The notes below the pieces were generated by a model that did no database searches, had not been told where the DNA came from, and worked only from the letters and a program-made list of their open reading frames with translations. From positions 1 to 64,000 of the forward strand of contig JAAILG010001489.1 in assembly GCA_012026655.1 (NCBI GenBank): a DNA stretch of 64,000 nt, read 5' to 3'. The position numbers were made by a program, and so were the translations under genes. This DNA is from Hydrolagus affinis (lineage: Eukaryota). Positions 1 through 14,944 of this stretch are shown here, one piece after another (position 1 is the stretch's first letter; each line of letters opens with the position of its first letter).

Positions 1-1072
1 TTTTTTTTGCTCCAACGTTCTGTGGCCAACTTTTCCAGTCCAGCCACCTGGCAGAGGGCTGCGGGAGAGTGAGTGACTCTGATCCTGGGGGCTGGGCAGC
101 TTCTGAAGCATAATAATTGCTTGATTTCAGTCCTTTGCCTAATTGCACTTGGAATAACGCCAGCTGAACACAGACCAACACCCTGGACTATTGAGATTGG
201 ATCCAGCAGCCATGTCGCCTGGCGCTGTGCCATTCTAACCTGCGTTCTCACTGAGCTGCTTTCGTTGCAAACAATGGGTGTGAGAGAGTTCGGGTAAAGG
301 GGCCGAAAGTACTTCCATTGCTTATTGACACACACACACACTGCGTGTCGTGCTAATTGAAGCTATGTGTACACTGACTCAAGTAGAGGGATTTACTTGA
401 ATTGAAGTGTGGGAGGTGAGGATTGGATCAGTGTCGTAATTGAATACTTGCTCCGTCCTCACTGTTTTCAAACATCCATTAAACATCCTACACCACCCAA
501 AGCCACCTATCTCCCACCTGGTTTGGTTGGACTCCCTCCCGTTCTCTCTCTTTTAATTAGTTTGAGTCGTTATTCTAGGTGAAAGGCCCTATATAAGTAT
601 GTTTGCTGTTGTTGTTGTTGTTTAACTGTGTGTGCAGGGATGATAACTTGGGTTTCCACAGGTTCCAATAAACTTGGAGGCAGCTCTTGCTGGCTAAACG
701 TCTCTATCTTTCAAACAGTATTGTTCATATACACATATTTTTCTAGGAAAATAACCGAGCGTTTAAATCAGATGAACGCGTTTGATCACTTCCAGAAGTA
801 ATCAAAGCAAATACTCCAAGGAAGTGCTTGTGCCTCTCTTGATAGAGGAGATCTCGCAGTGTGTAAAACAGCTGCCACATTCACCCACAAATGTATACGT
901 GACAGTGCGATACTTGACAGAATACTTGGAGTTGTTTTGATAATGTGATTTTATTGTACCCATTCCAACTTGGGGGATACGTCTGTAGAAGAGCTCTGGT
1001 TTTGTCTAATTATTCCTCTCTGTAATATGTTCTGAAGCTAGGACCGTGCTTTGATTTCAGGTACACAGGGAT

Positions 1073-1211
1073 NNNNNNNNNNNNNNNNNNNNNNNNNNNN
1101 NNNNNNNNNNNNNNNNNNNNNNNNNNNNNNNNNNNNNNNNNNNNNNNNNNNNNNNNNNNNNNNNNNNNNNNNNNNNNNNNNNNNNNNNNNNNNNNNNNNN
1201 NNNNNNNNNNN
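1073..1211. other. Assembly gap (139 N)
   Basis: Run of N in the sequence. Confidence 0.99.
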
Positions 1212-1936
1212 CATCATGAATCATTATACACAACAAAAGAGACTATAATTGTGACCTCTGCTCCAAACATTATCTCTATGCCTTGTCCATCTCTAGTCCT
1301 GTCCCGATTCTGTCTCGATCTAACTAAACCCAGTCCTGCGCTTTTTATGTAATGAATCTGGCTGCAAAAACGCAATATCTTAACCACAAATATTGTAAAT
1401 GTGCATTCGCAGAAAGGGAGAGAGGGATACGTATACTGTAATAGAGGTTCCGATTACAGTTCGTGAATTTGCCTTGATATATTATAAAGAGATTCAGCAG
1501 GGAGTGGCTATTGACAAGGATAAGTGTGGTTGGATTAAGCTGGGTTATGTCACAAGGCTGAAATACGCGCATGATCGTTTTTGTTTAAAGAATTGATTAT
1601 TGGACTCGCGCGTCTTATGGCGAAGTAGAAATTGGCGGGTTGACAGGTTCCACCCCCTTACTTTGGGTCCCTGCATCTGACGCTGATGCCAGAAGTTAAG
1701 CAGCTGTAAATTCATCTCGTTCGTGCAGCCCAGCCCTCCTCCATGAGGCTTGGGGCAACCCAAATATATACATTTTATGCTTCAGCTAATTTAAAGATTG
1801 TGTGTGTTTGGGGAAATAGTGTTGCTGTTTTTCTGTCGAGCAGATAACAGAGCGGCTCTTTTGTAGCGTTTTTAGTTTCCACGAGCGCCTGAGGAATGAG
1901 AGGAAAAATAAACAGGAGGAAGAAACACACACACGG

Positions 1937-2021
1937 GAACAAAAACAGAAATCAGAGTGTAGTACTGAGTACACTCAGTAGGTCAGGCAGCATTTGTGGA
2001 GAAAGGAAAAGTGAGTCAATG
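1937..2021 (-). mobile_element. Truncated copy of the Penelope-like (hammerhead-associated) short element, abutting a SINE tail
   Basis: acactcagtaggtcaggcagcatttgtggagaaaggaaaagtgagtcaa is the reverse complement of the tail of the copies at 25291 and 27435. The ribozyme core is missing. Confidence 0.65.
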
Positions 2022-2137
2022 AATAATAATAATAATAATAATCCTTGCATTTGATATAGTGTCCAAGTGTCTAAAAATGCTTCACAGGATTTTACTGTAT
2101 ACAGTGTAGTGACTGTGTTTTTGTAGCCAAATTCGTC

Positions 2138-2170
<33 letters not shown>

Positions 2171-2203
2171 ACACACACACACGCACACACACACACACGC
2201 ACA
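2138..2203. repeat. (CA)n/(CACG) microsatellite
   Basis: Read directly; explains the CVCVCV ORFs. Confidence 0.97.
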
Positions 2204-2209
2204 CAAAAC

Positions 2210-2420
2210 AAATCAGTTTGCACACAACAATGTCCCACAAAATAGCCGCTGAAGTGAATGACCAATTTTATCTGGGAATCGATGGAGAACAATCGGTGGA
2301 AATTCACTTCTCTCGTTAAGCGGCGGCAGAGAATCTTCTAGCTTCTGTTTGATGGACAAAAGGTACCTCAGTTTATCCGAAGGACACACCTTCAACCCTA
2401 CAGTGGAGTGTCAGCCTACA
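2210..2420 (-). mobile_element. Degenerate Deu-domain (SacSINE1/AmnSINE-like) SINE relic
   Basis: Shares gcacac..tcccacaaa..gaatgacca..cctcagttt..ggagtgtcagcct with the copies at ~12100, ~15000 and ~36500. Family assignment is from memory. Confidence 0.5.
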
Positions 2421-4019
2421 CAGTGAATTCCAATTCCTCACGTGGTGACTTCTGAGCCAGGCTACCTCCTATGGAAGTGTTACCCTCAGATATTAGGGTA
2501 ATTTTTTTTACAGGAACCTTTTTTTTTACAGGAATACAGAGCAGAACAACAATAAGATCTCTCTCTCTCTCTCTCTCTCTAGGATACTCAGGTTTTCTGA
2601 GGTAAAGGATTATGTTTCCTCCCTTTGCCCTTTGCCTCCTGCAGAGACCTGCAAAACATAACACTTTAGATCATTCAATTTCCTTTTATTTGCTCAGCCA
2701 AGTGTCACGTATAAACTCATCGCTATTCTTCAGATTGCCCTGAGTATCCAGACTTGAGAATTCCACATATGTGTGTCACCTACACATGAAGACTTCCCCG
2801 TACCTGCGATTGAACGCAACAATGCACACTGTTTCCCTGGAGGGAAGCCTCCCCCTGCTTAACCCAATTCCAAGAGCTCTCAGCACGGATTGGTGAGAGC
2901 CAAGGCTTCAGGCAATACTTAAGCATCTGCTAGTTTAACCTGCTATAACCACACACTGTAGTTTGTCATTGAGAGTTCTCTGGCAAGCTGCTTCCCCTGG
3001 GACCACAACACAACCATTAGGACCTTTAGCTTACGGGTGTTGAGTATAATGAATGCCTGTACCCGGTGTTCATCTGGTCTGCCCATCCAAGGCCTTCGTT
3101 CAGGTGACTGCCGACGACAGACTTGAGAGTTTGGCCAATGAGCCAAACAGGCTGGTCTGTCATCAACAGTAATTGGAGCGCTATGGACCCAGTTGGCTCG
3201 GGAACCACTCGTGGAGGGATGACTTTAGTTCTGACATTCCATTGATAAGCACGTCAAGTTGGAGCCTGCTCAACTCCAAGGAGATCCGGCCAACCTTCCC
3301 CGGGGAGAACAGTACAAGTTAATAGATGACTAGATGTAAGCAAGCCACTTAAGTTAGAATGTGAGAGCAGAGCTGAGGGGCACAGATGTTGTACACAAAT
3401 AATGATGTTAATGGTAATTATATTAATGGGGATTCAGTGAAATTAGATTTGGAGAGGAAATGTCTGTTAGAGAGGAATGAGCTCAGGAGTCAAGTAGCTT
3501 AGTGAAATAAAGGCTGATGAGATAATGGGAGGAGAAGTTCCCATATCCAGTTGAAGCAAAAATGCTCCTGAATTTATCAACTGGAAACTAAAATCGAAAG
3601 CTTTTGTTTTTTTTAAAAAAAGGAATATTTACAAAGCTTGAAGTCTATACAGAGGGAGCAATAAAAAGAGATTAGGGGGAGCCAAGAGAAGGGATGGAAT
3701 TAAAATGATTGCATTGAAATTCCAGTCACTGTTGCCTTAGATAGAGATACTGATGATGTCGGCTGCTAATAGGGCTGTATTCCTTCATTAAAATCTTGCG
3801 TCACCACTCGTAACATCAACTTCCGTTCAGCCTACGCGAGAGTAATCAGGGGGAACGTTTAAACCAGAAGGCGGACTTATACAGTGTTGAAAAGAGGACA
3901 AACAGGTGATGGAAAGCGTAATGAAAACATCTCCTGAAGTGCTTTTCACCAGGGAGGACACTAATGTTACGCCGTCCAACATGCAGTACACATGGCAGGA
4001 GCTCTGGGAGTTTGGACAT

Positions 4020-4230
4020 TATTGATGTTCTGGACAGGCTCAAGGGACTGAAAACTGCAACCAAAAATTGCACAGATGAATTGTTCTCCAAGATACTTAG
4101 TCAAATCGGGAGATTTTTGAAACACTGATGGACCTTTTGAGGATTCCATGGACTGAAAATCAGCAAATTGGTTTCCTGTATTCAAGAGAGGAGCCAGTTA
4201 TACCTGATTCATTGACCTGACACCAAAAAT
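4020..4230 (+). mobile_element. Degraded CR1-clade LINE reverse-transcriptase fragment
   Basis: gactgaaaatcagcaaattggtttcctgtattcaagagagga resembles a disrupted DWKSAN..PVFKRG motif of CR1 ORF2. Confidence 0.55.
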
Positions 4231-5138
4231 TGGAAAACAAATACTGTACATCAATCAATCTAGAAGCAAAATGGATGATCCCTTGACTATTGGGCAATGA
4301 CAACTTTATTTTCCAGGATGGATGTGTTCCTAGTCTCCTCGCATAGATTGCGGCAAAATAAATTTAAGGCCAGCTGAGCTGAGACAGATTGTGAAAATAT
4401 GGTTAACCGATGGTGCGTCAATAATATAGCAGAAGTCAATGTTTACAGCCAACAAAGTATTCTTGTGTAACCCGAGGCAGACTATCAGGAGATGGGCTAA
4501 AATCGTCTATGTTAGTACATCCACGTCCCTCTGTTTACCTTGCGTTAGGTAAGAACCCGGCCATTATTTGATCAGCAGATTGCTTTCCGAGGGTAATCTC
4601 CCTCTAAAATAATAATAATAATAATGATTTAGTCACTTAATTTGCACAATCGGATGCAACGTTTTTCTCGCAAGATGCGCCGGTGAAAAATACCTCCGTG
4701 TGAAACACTGGCTCCATCTTATCTGTAACAACAACAACAAAATTACATTATATAACCCAGGTTAATCCCCACAAAGGCTTCATTTAGTCAGAATCTTTTG
4801 TTTCCTCACTCTCCTCAGGTTTGGTTCCTTGCGTCGGTCGAAAATCTTCCCCCAAAGGTTTTTGCCTTCACGTCAAAGACTTTAAAGTGCTCTAGAAACG
4901 TATGGAGATTAGAAAACAGTCTTTGCTTCCACCAGGCTGGCTTGTCATTCCTGTTTCAATCACAGGTTAAACTCTGTTCCCTGGCATATCTTCATTCCCT
5001 GTATATAATAAACAATTCTTGGAATTTTTAATTGCACATTTTATTTTATCCCACTGGGTCCTCCTTTTGCCAACTGAAATATACAAACTGATTTTATCCA
5101 TCATAACGTTAGAATTGTAAACTTTTGCCTTTAAAGTA

Positions 5139-5275
5139 AATAATCCTTGCATTTGATTATATTTATAATATGCTGATAGTGATCGCCGCATTCGATAGAG
5201 CGCCTTCGAGACGTCTCAAAGCGCTTCACAGAATACACTGTAAAGTGAATTGACTGTATATTTGTGGGCGAAAAG
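5139..5275 (-). mobile_element. 5'-truncated copy of the dominant tRNA-derived SINE (3' tail)
   Basis: Reverse complement of cccacaaatatacagtcaattcactttacagt..gtgaagcgctttgagacgtc..tcaaatgcaaggattatt. Confidence 0.85.
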
Positions 5276-8200
5276 AAGGTGTAGTGCCTTTCTTGTTGAG
5301 AGGGTGTTTCGTAGAGTTTCTCAAGTCTTGTGGTAAAGTGTAGTGACTGTATTTGTAGACAGGAACAGACAGCAATGTCACTCAAAGAGCTATGAAGTGA
5401 ATCACCGATTTTAACAGGTGGTGGGGGAGGGGGGGTGGGAGGGAAGCTGGGGTGGGTGGGGAGGGAGATCGGGTGGGGGGTGGATGGCCCTGTCTTCACG
5501 CTGAGACTTTTATGATATTTGGGGATTGTATTTGTAGTAATTTTTCAAGAGCGAGATGCAGATTGTAAAGAGCAAGTGTTTTGCAAATCTCAAATGGAAG
5601 GAATTTGAAGGAATGAGGAAATGAGATTTTGAAGGAATGAGAATCTTCAGGTGTTCAGTAGATTTAATTCAGTTTCGAGTAGAACCAGTTGTACCTTTGT
5701 TCCTCAGATGGTAATTACTACTGTGAGTTCAATAACTGGTTGAGAATATCTTACGAAAGTCTGTGTCCCTCTCTGTAGGTTTCTCGATCTCACATTGGTC
5801 GGTAAATTTAGATACACGAGTCATGTTATTCAGGATTCATGTTTTACCTTTCTAGGCTTGTGTGCCTCCTCAAAATTGTCTCTCAGCCAAGATCAGCCGT
5901 GGGATTGTTTGGAATCCTGATGCATTACCTGTGCTGTAATGTGCTATACACGTCCTCGATGAAAGTCATAACATCAATTCCATTTTTCTTTGAATTAGAT
6001 TACATTTAAAATAAAAATTTATTGTTTCTGCGTTTGGCCAAACATCGGAGTGTGACTTCAACACTCGGGAGAAAGATTTGATTGGTATGAGGGCAATTGG
6101 TGAAGAGCCAAGAGTACAATACATTAGACGCTAAAGAAAATATTGAAATCCCAGTGGCTGGAGATGGCTCTAAAAAGAACAAAGGACTATGTTTGCAGGT
6201 AGACCAGGAAAGGTCAATTGTACAGCTCAGATAATAAATAAACTCATGTATTCCTGACCCATAAGCCGATGTCATGGAGTGTTAGTAAAATGATCCACTT
6301 TGGGTGGAGGGAGAAACCTCAGAGAGTTAAGCTGTGTTAGAGCTTGTGTCACACGACAGTACTTTCAATGTGTTGATGCTGGTGTTATACTAACTCTGCG
6401 TGTCAGTCTTGTCAGCGCTGGTACCTTGGGTACAGTATCATGGAGATGGAGGCTATACAGTACAATGTACAGTTCTGCCAAGTGTCTAGTGGACGGATGA
6501 AGGAGTGAGGTGAAGGGACTACTTCAGGATGGAGCTCCAGAGAGTGTGTGCAGAAAGGCTGAAGGCCCAACCACTGATGGGGCAGGTGACACATGAAGCA
6601 GGCCAGAGGTAGTTGGGGGTGGGAGGCAAGACAGTGTCACCACCAAATCCTCTCATTTTGATGACTGTTGAGTATTTACAAACACTGGAGGTTCAAAGAC
6701 CAGTCAAGGGAACATTGGTGATTTATTGCTCCTCAATTAAAAGGATTAGTGTTGATATGTATTATCTTTTTCCTATTATCTAGAGTTCTAGGCAATTAAG
6801 AATCCACTTTTCAAGGTGACATTGAACCTAATGAGCTTTCACCTTAAATCTATAGTGAATTAACTTATTAATAAAGCTGTATAATACTCTCATCTCACTT
6901 TCAAAATCACTATATCTGTAAAATCACTAAATATTCAAATAATTTAACCGTTCATTTTAAAAGCAGAACTCCTCGATGGCTTGAGTATATCGTTTTTAAT
7001 CTCACTATTGAAGATCAAAGTACAGTTTGTTCACGATCCGCTCCAAGATACAAAGAGCGGAGCAGAGCTACGAGAGTCCATCGTTCACTAGAGGAGACTG
7101 ACTGATCAGATCAACTTATTATGTGAGTTGGATGCTCCCTAGAGTTGAGGTATCACTTAACATGCAGAATGCTGTGAGACTTTGTGCAATGGACTTACCC
7201 AATGTGTATCCTCCAGATACAGAGTCTCTTTTCATCATCATAATATACCTGCTTTTACATGTAGCCTGGCCAATATATAATCTTATAAATGGATTTATTT
7301 CCCCCAATTTGAAATTGCATCTGATTTTACAACTGCCCACTATCTCCCCCTGTTGTTCACATCAAGGTTTGAACTGAGAATGACAGAGCACATTGTATTG
7401 TACTGTACTATCCACCTACAGTGAGCAGATGACATCTAGATTCCAACCTTCCCCCATTTTGTTATTTCTCTGCCCCCCCCACCCCACCCGACCGCCATCA
7501 AAAAAACAAACCTGGTTATTTATTAAACTTCCAAATTTAGGCAGAAATTTTTTTTTGTGAAAAAAAATCTCAGCTCATCCTTTTCAGCAAAACGAGCAAG
7601 ATTTTATAATTTTATAAAAGGGAGAAAATCAGGGAGAAAACAAACAATGGAGAGTGAGTTTGGTTGGTATTTTAGATTGGAACATCCATTTGTCTTTTGT
7701 CCCAGGAAAATCCACCCGGCAATATTGGTCCTATGACATAACAAACTATGTTAGTTCTGTTATTCTCACAACAAAAAATCTATATGTATATATATGAGCA
7801 ACATTGGCGACAGGCAGGTTTCCAGCATCGACTGTGAAACATTCAAACATTAAATTCAGGTTAGAAACATTTCTTATCTATTGACGCTACCAAAGCAAAC
7901 ATTATTTACCGGTGAAAATCAAGCTTAACAGCCCTTATATCGCACTCACTGTCAGAATGACACAAAGCAACCGATAATAATTGCTGTTGAGATTGATTTT
8001 GTAGGTAAACCCAACTGTCATGTTTTGGGTTCTGCAAACAGCCATGAATTGAATGCTCGGTGTAATCTGGAAGATTGTTTTCAAGGACACAGAGACCTTT
8101 GTATTATGTATGTATAGAGCTACATGGGAAGTTTAACATCTAGCAGAACAGACAAATAGGATCTTGGTTTACTGTCTTATTCAATTTAGTGCTCCCACAG

Positions 8201-11200
8201 AATTGTGCTGGAGGATAAGCCTCCACACCAGCTCCGTTCCCGCTGCGGGGCTTGAAGCCACAGTCTTTCTCGCTCCGCGGAGGCCAAGCTAACACTCCAC
8301 GGAAAGTGAAATGTTTTCAGGAAGCGCATTCAGAAAAATATCTCGGCTATCTTGAATGAGATAAGCATGCAGTTACAATAATGCTTTACTGTTCATTGGC
8401 TTAAAAACAGGTCAATAATCAACAAGCAAATGTTAAACTGCAAAAAAAAAACAATAGACATTTTGTATTAATATTTTGTAATTGTTCCTCTCTCAATAGT
8501 AACTTTTTGAAAGGATTACACATTTTCCATATGTATAATCCAAACTCCAGGCTGTTTCCTATTACATTGCGAGCTGCACAACTGGGATTTATGGTTGATT
8601 TAGCTCCAATCTTGTCAATTAAAAGTCGGTGTACCTCCGGAGCCGCTCAGCCCTCCAATCAATTCCGCAGGGAGCGATCTCTTCAGTCATCAGCCTTTCA
8701 AGTAGGTAAAGGCTTGTGATTGAACAGGTTTCCCCACTGCCCCCCTCTCTGTGTCCGCTCATTGTCAATATTTTATTGAGCATGTGCACTCCACGGGTGA
8801 GTCCAATCCTTGGCTTGTTGTTGGCCTATTGCTGGCCTTTAGCCGTTTATACTTATGTCTTGTTCCTTTTGCTGTTGAACAATATAATCACTAGCCACAT
8901 GTGGGCGATTTTAATTGTGTTAAAAAACATTATATGGCTTTTTTTTTTTTCGATTCTCCTAAACAAAACTATTTGCCAAACACTTTTCTCATGAAGGCGC
9001 TGTCTGTTGTTTAAAGGTTGCAGTGTTTACAATTCAAATCACTAAGGAAGGACCATTAATTGAAGCAGTATGAGCGAGCTTTCAAATTAAGGTCTCTATT
9101 CCGATGGCCAGCTTTCAGGAGAGTACTTTCAAGCTTTGTAATTCCTTGGAACGCAACTCGCTGCCAGACGCCTGCTCAGAACTTGCTGGACATTTGGGTC
9201 TCGCAAGCAAGTGCTGAAATACTTAAAATCCCCTGTCACCACTAATCACCGACTCAGAACGCCACAATCTGGGCTTCAAATCAAACCCGAAACAAGTTAC
9301 TCATCCAGCGTGGTCCTTGAGGAATACTTTCTGCAGGTAAACTATCAAAAAAGGCTTAAATTATTGTAATAAATTGGACGCTGCAGCCGCCGTATCCTCT
9401 CGGCTCTCAGTACTTTTATAAGCCTAGTGACCAATAAATAGTGTTGCACAGAAGTACAACATTTAGTGCTAATATGCAAAAAAAAAAAAGACAGATTCTT
9501 GAACTTTGTCAAAGCAAAACGTACAGTGCAAAAAAAAATATTTTTAAACCTAAAACCGGATTTATGGGTCAGGCCGCCTCTTTTCCAGACGTTAATCAGC
9601 TTTAATCAGGAGACCCAACGAGAGAATTCGAGCGAAGCTTCCCACAGTCGTACTGCATGGAAGAAATGCCTGAAGGATGAACTGGAATCTGATGTACTTT
9701 GCCTCAGTTTTGACAGCACCAATGCTGTACAATCTCGGTATCTCTGGTGTCCGTTTGTCAGTCGCCTCGCAGATAAGATGGGCGCGCACTCCAGTGGGCT
9801 GTGTGACTCGGAGACTCACAATAACATTGCGTTGTTTAGTAACAGCTGTCATTTCTGGCACCCAGAACATCAGTCTGTCTATACTGTCCAACAAATACCA
9901 CAATCCTTTTCATATGTATATCTGTGAATCTAGTACCCACAATTATGTAGTCGTTTAATTGCTTTTTGAAACATGTGTGTGTGTGTGTGTGTTTTGTTCT
10001 ACCGCCCTGCCCTGCGCTGGTATTTTTTTTAATCACATTCAGATTAAAACCATTTTCAAAAAGAAAATATCTTAATTCTTCCTATTCATTTTTGTTTGTC
10101 TTGCGTTCTGCACACGACAGTAAGGACATCTGAACCCAAATTTCCCAAATTCCTCACATCCTTTACAGAACAGCAATCCGTCCAGAGAGAGAGAGAGAGA
10201 AAGAGAGGGCCTTTATGAGGTGGCAGAAGACTATGAAAAAGTTTGTGTGTAATTGAAGTGACAGATTAAATAAACTGTAGTATGATCAAGATGTTTAAGA
10301 TAATGGGAAGGACTGAAGCATATCGTGCTATTGAAGGAGACTGTTTCAGAGTAAAGAGACAACCATGAAATGAATCCATTTTATCTGGAGGATTGCTGGC
10401 CAGGCCACTGGAAAAAAACTTTTTTGGGGTCGTTACTCGAACTTTTTCCGAGTTGTGTCATCAGAACAGAAGCCAAAGGAAACGCAGACCCACGACACCT
10501 CTGACATTGCAGCATTTGTAGCGTTGGAATAGAGTGTCAACCGGAGGCTGTGACTGCAATGTCCCAACGTGACGGCTTGAACCTCTGCTTCAGTGGTGAG
10601 AGTACCACCAAAAAACCCACAGTCAATTCACTTTACACTACCTTCCGTGCAGCGAAGTTCGAGACGTCTGGAAGATGTGAAAAGTACTAGATTAACTTGC
10701 ACGGATTATTATTATTTATTATGATGAATTAATTCTGGATGCTAATTAATTCAGTGCAGTTTGGCAGCAAACAAAGCTTGGAAGACCCGACACTGTGACT
10801 GCTAGAGTTTGAGCAGTTAAGACCACATAGCTTGACATTGGGAACCAGCTTCCCTCTGCTTGTCCAGCTCGGGCCAATCCTGTTTACAGGATTAACGGGA
10901 ATCCAGTGACACTTGAGTTAATGTAACAACTATTTTGCTTTACTCTTTGAGATTGTGAGCTGTGGGTGGTATAGCGCCTTGGGACGTCCTCCTGATGTGA
11001 AAGGCGCTGTACAAGTATCGTCTGGTTATTGTTGTTGTTGTAGCATTTATTATTTTAATGTTATTTGTCGTGAGAAGGTGTTGATGAGCTTTCTCTTTAA
11101 ACCACAGCATTCCCTGTGGCAATAGCAGCCCCACGAATGCAATGACGAATCAGTAGAGGTTGGTGTCGGTGACTTGAAGGAGAATGCGGAGGTGATGTTC

Positions 11201-12014
11201 CTACGAACTAGAACTAGGAACTAGAGCAGTTTGATAGATAAAGCTTCAGGAGTGCCAATGTCAGTTTCCAAAATGAATTCCATCCATGATTCAGGTTGGT
11301 GTGGGAGTTGGCCTTGAGCTGTTATGGTATCTGTGTATGTAGTCTCTTTTAGGCTGTGTGCAATCATAATAACAGACTCCCCATTGTGTGTCAATGTTGT
11401 TTAGCATCCTACCGCCATAGGGGGTGTGTGTATCTTACTGTACCTTACATTGATCTCCATGTCTTGCCACTGCCTTGTGGTGTGCGTCACCATCTGGTTA
11501 CATGGTCACTGTGGTTTAAGTTCAGATCTGGTTCCTGAACATGTTCATGTTCTGGGCACCAAACATGTTTTCTCAGTGAGAGCTTGAGACCCTGTAGCTT
11601 TGTGATTTGGAATTCTGAAGCAGAGTCTTCTTGGGCTAGCAGCGTTCACACAAGCTATCCAACAGACGTGGTGTCATTGGCTAGGAATGAGGGCTTCTCT
11701 GTGCAAACACACCATTTCCCCCCAAGTTTCTGCTGTTGCGACTCAGTCATTGAATTTGGACAGGAACAGACCTGCTGTTTGAATTCCAAAACCAATAAAA
11801 CACTAAGAGAGCGAGAGGGAAAAAGACCCAACATAAACACGTGCCAATCTGAGTGTTTGCCAGTTAGTATCTGAACGATGGCAGACTCGATATAAAGCTG
11901 CACTTTTCATACAATTCCATTCCTATTAAAAAAAAACTTTATATTTGAAGAGAAAACAGATTCAAGCTACATACACACATCTGTCAAAACTTGGCAATAT
12001 TTATAAAAATTAAA

Positions 12015-12400
12015 GACATTGCATTTTTGTAACGCCTGATCATGTGGAGACGTCTTAAAGCGCTTCTTCACAAGTCATTTCTCCGAGTCAAGTGACTGTT
12101 TTTGTAGGCAACCTGCAGGAGTCACTGGTGCCAGCAATGATGGGGCGAATGGCCAATTAATCTTCAGGATTGTTGGCCTCCACACTCCAGAGAAACTCCT
12201 TTCTCTGTTTGGATTGCGCCGCGGGATGGTGAAGATCCACCTGATCGGGCAGAGGAGACGAGACGAGGCGAGGGGAGACTTGACTGTGCAGCACTACCCA
12301 ATGACTCAACCAGAGCGTCAACTCAGACTGCGCCCAATTCCCAAATGCGGGAATCCACGACTTGCCTGAGAAAGGGAGAGCGCTACCAACTGAGCAAAAC
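12015..12400 (-). mobile_element. Old Deu-domain SINE with tRNA-like head
   Basis: gagagcgctaccaactgagc is a reversed A box; internal atccacctga..ggcaga and gcagcact motifs are shared with the 36455-36800 copy. Confidence 0.55.
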
Positions 12401-14944
12401 TGACCAAACCAACACGTGACATACGTTTACTGAAGTGGTTTTTTAAACACTTTTCCTGCGCTGTCTGTTCTAGGGGCACATCTTAAAAGGCAGATTCATA
12501 ACCTCTGAGCATTTTCTTTCACACTGTATCTCACTGTTTTGAAACACTGTTTTACACGTTTGTCGAAACATCGGTGGCTGTAGGTCCAAAGAGTATGTTG
12601 GGTATGAACCACAATCTATTTTGTTTGGTGTGTAACAGGCATGTTCTTGATATGTACGTGTGCATTGAGTGCGTCTTTGCTGATAAAAGGTGTCAGTTGG
12701 ACAGCCATAGTTTTTCTCCCCGCCCCCCCTACCCCCCTCCAGATATCACTTTGTGGTGAGAGGAGGGGTTAGTAATGGAAGCCTCATGATGAGAAGGAAA
12801 ACAGACGATGTAAATTGGGTTGGAACTTCAAGTCAACAGGAGTGAAGTTTACACACCAGGGTCAACATTCCTGTATTTGTTAATTTTGGCGACAATGTAA
12901 ACGAGTGAAACGGGGATGGAATTTCGACAGCTAGCATCAAAGGACAATTCCTCTCTGTTTGGCCCGCTCTCCGCATTCCTAATATAGTGGACAGTGAGAA
13001 AGGGGCTATTTACTTTCTTCAGGCCTTGCTAAATTCTTATAGAACAGCACATCTGAACAGTCACATCGAAGGTTGTGTTTTCTTTCCAAGCTTACGCATG
13101 TAGTCGTGGGTTGGCAGGTAGATATCAATAGAAGAGAGGGAAGACTAGGATTCTAGATGTATACAGGAACATAAATTGCACCAATCACAACCTCAGGTAC
13201 AGTAGATCAAGTTTCCAGGCCATGTGCATTAAGGATACGGAGGCAGAGACTGTGACAGAAGATCTTTGGTAATCTATCGAGGATTTGTACCGTCCATGTA
13301 CTTTCAAGTAAATTACATAAATTAAATTTAAGTCAATTTACATGTAGATGTAAGATTCGCCCACAAATACACAGACAATTTATTTTACAGTAATATTCTG
13401 CGAAGTGCCTTGAGATGGCTAGACAACATGAAAAGCGTTATGTCAAATGCCAGGATTATCATGCAGTATTATTATTATTACCTCGGCAAGAGGCCAGTTA
13501 ACTTTGGAAAAATAATGTATTTTAAAGAGTTTACTTAATGGTTCTCTCTGCTCTGTTGAAAAAAAATGGCCAAAGGACATTGTCTTTTCATACTTTACTG
13601 CGCCAAGCAAAAGCTGTGGGCGGAGAAACTCCGTGTCCACTTCACAAACCGGTTTCGCAGCACATATTCCAAGATAAGTTAACCTTCGACAGTTGGCTTG
13701 AAGTCCCAGCTTTTATCTCAATGATGCCGAGGTTCCAAGAAATATTCTCGCACATAGAGCGTAGGATATTAAAGTTCAATTCCAAGTTGCACTCGCCTGT
13801 TCTCAATAAATAGACCTGGGTATGCAATCTATCATACTCTTAAACCTGTCAATGACAATACTTTTAGATTGATCAAGAATGAATGGAATACAACTTATCT
13901 CTGACCCTTCCTCTCAGCCACAGGGATCGTAAATATCTCGGAGAAGAGGCCATCTGCCTCCTGAAGCTCATTGCCGGAATAGATTGCCTCCCTTTACATC
14001 GCCCAACTATGTTTTCGATAATCCGACTAGATTTGTCTCTATTACCTTCTCAAGTAGATTATTCCAAGCATTTTTTCCCGGCTCTGCATTTTCTTTATTT
14101 TCTTGACGTGGTTTGAGGGTAGCAAAGTCTCGGTTTACCGTATCTGTATCGTAATTATGTTTAAAAAATGTTGGACGAAAATGCACCCTAAATTCCCCTT
14201 TTCCGGAGTGTGAAGCTAGTTTCTCTGGACCTCCCCCTCCTCCACCCTTTTTTTTTAAACACAGTGTTTTGTATCAGAGAATCAAAATCAATCTCTATTC
14301 CTTTTCCAAAGCCAAGTACCAAGTATAGCCTGACTCATTGTCCAAGTATTGAATGCAATACCCCCCCAGGTGTGAAACCAAGCAGAGAATTGTAAACTTT
14401 CAGCGTAATCTTCAGATTTCTGTTATACCATACTCTAACCAAGCTGTCCACAATTTCAAGCCCAGATATCTGCTACAAAGGCACTTGGGAGAGACACAAA
14501 CTCAAGATGAGTTTCTCATTCCTGTTTGCAGGAAGGTGATGGTGTACACATTAATTACTGTGTTTAAGTCATTACATGCATTTGATATCTTTGGATTTCC
14601 GATGCAAGTTAAATTAAGTTTCTATTATCAATCAATATTGTAAAATAGTTTTAAATGGTTGAGTGATGTATGGAAAGGGATCTTAATGCAGGTGCGGATG
14701 TGACTAAGTCTAGTGCGCTTGGTAGAGATGCTGAGAGATGGAAATTTTCCAGGTATGATTAGTTAAGAGCCATGTTACTGCGAAAGGACAGAGTAATTTG
14801 CAAGATGTCTGTAGGGGAAGCCAAGCCGGATCTGGAGAAACCATTCACGGTGTCACATGAGTTGAATGAGTAAGATTATAAATCAAATTCTCTTTCCTAT
14901 GAACGCAACTCACCAAATTATCAAACCGACATTAATAGAAAAAC

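Noticed and set aside
4819-4857. Exon-like GLVPCVGRKSSPK after a good acceptor, faintly resembling the elastin CGRKRK end
   Set aside because: No credible donor (gttttt), no stop in the right place, no partner exons, and it lies far upstream of exon 1.
5420-5490. G-run block as a functional G-quadruplex (also ~30030-30065)
   Set aside because: It sits next to reversed L2 3' sequence and mirrors the C-rich tract in the L2 tail at ~63750, so it is explained as repeat-derived.
13600-14150. Possible Tx1/L1 ORF2 relic (also ~2750-3320 and ~32650-32950)
   Set aside because: Only faint motif resemblance; it cannot be supported without a profile search.
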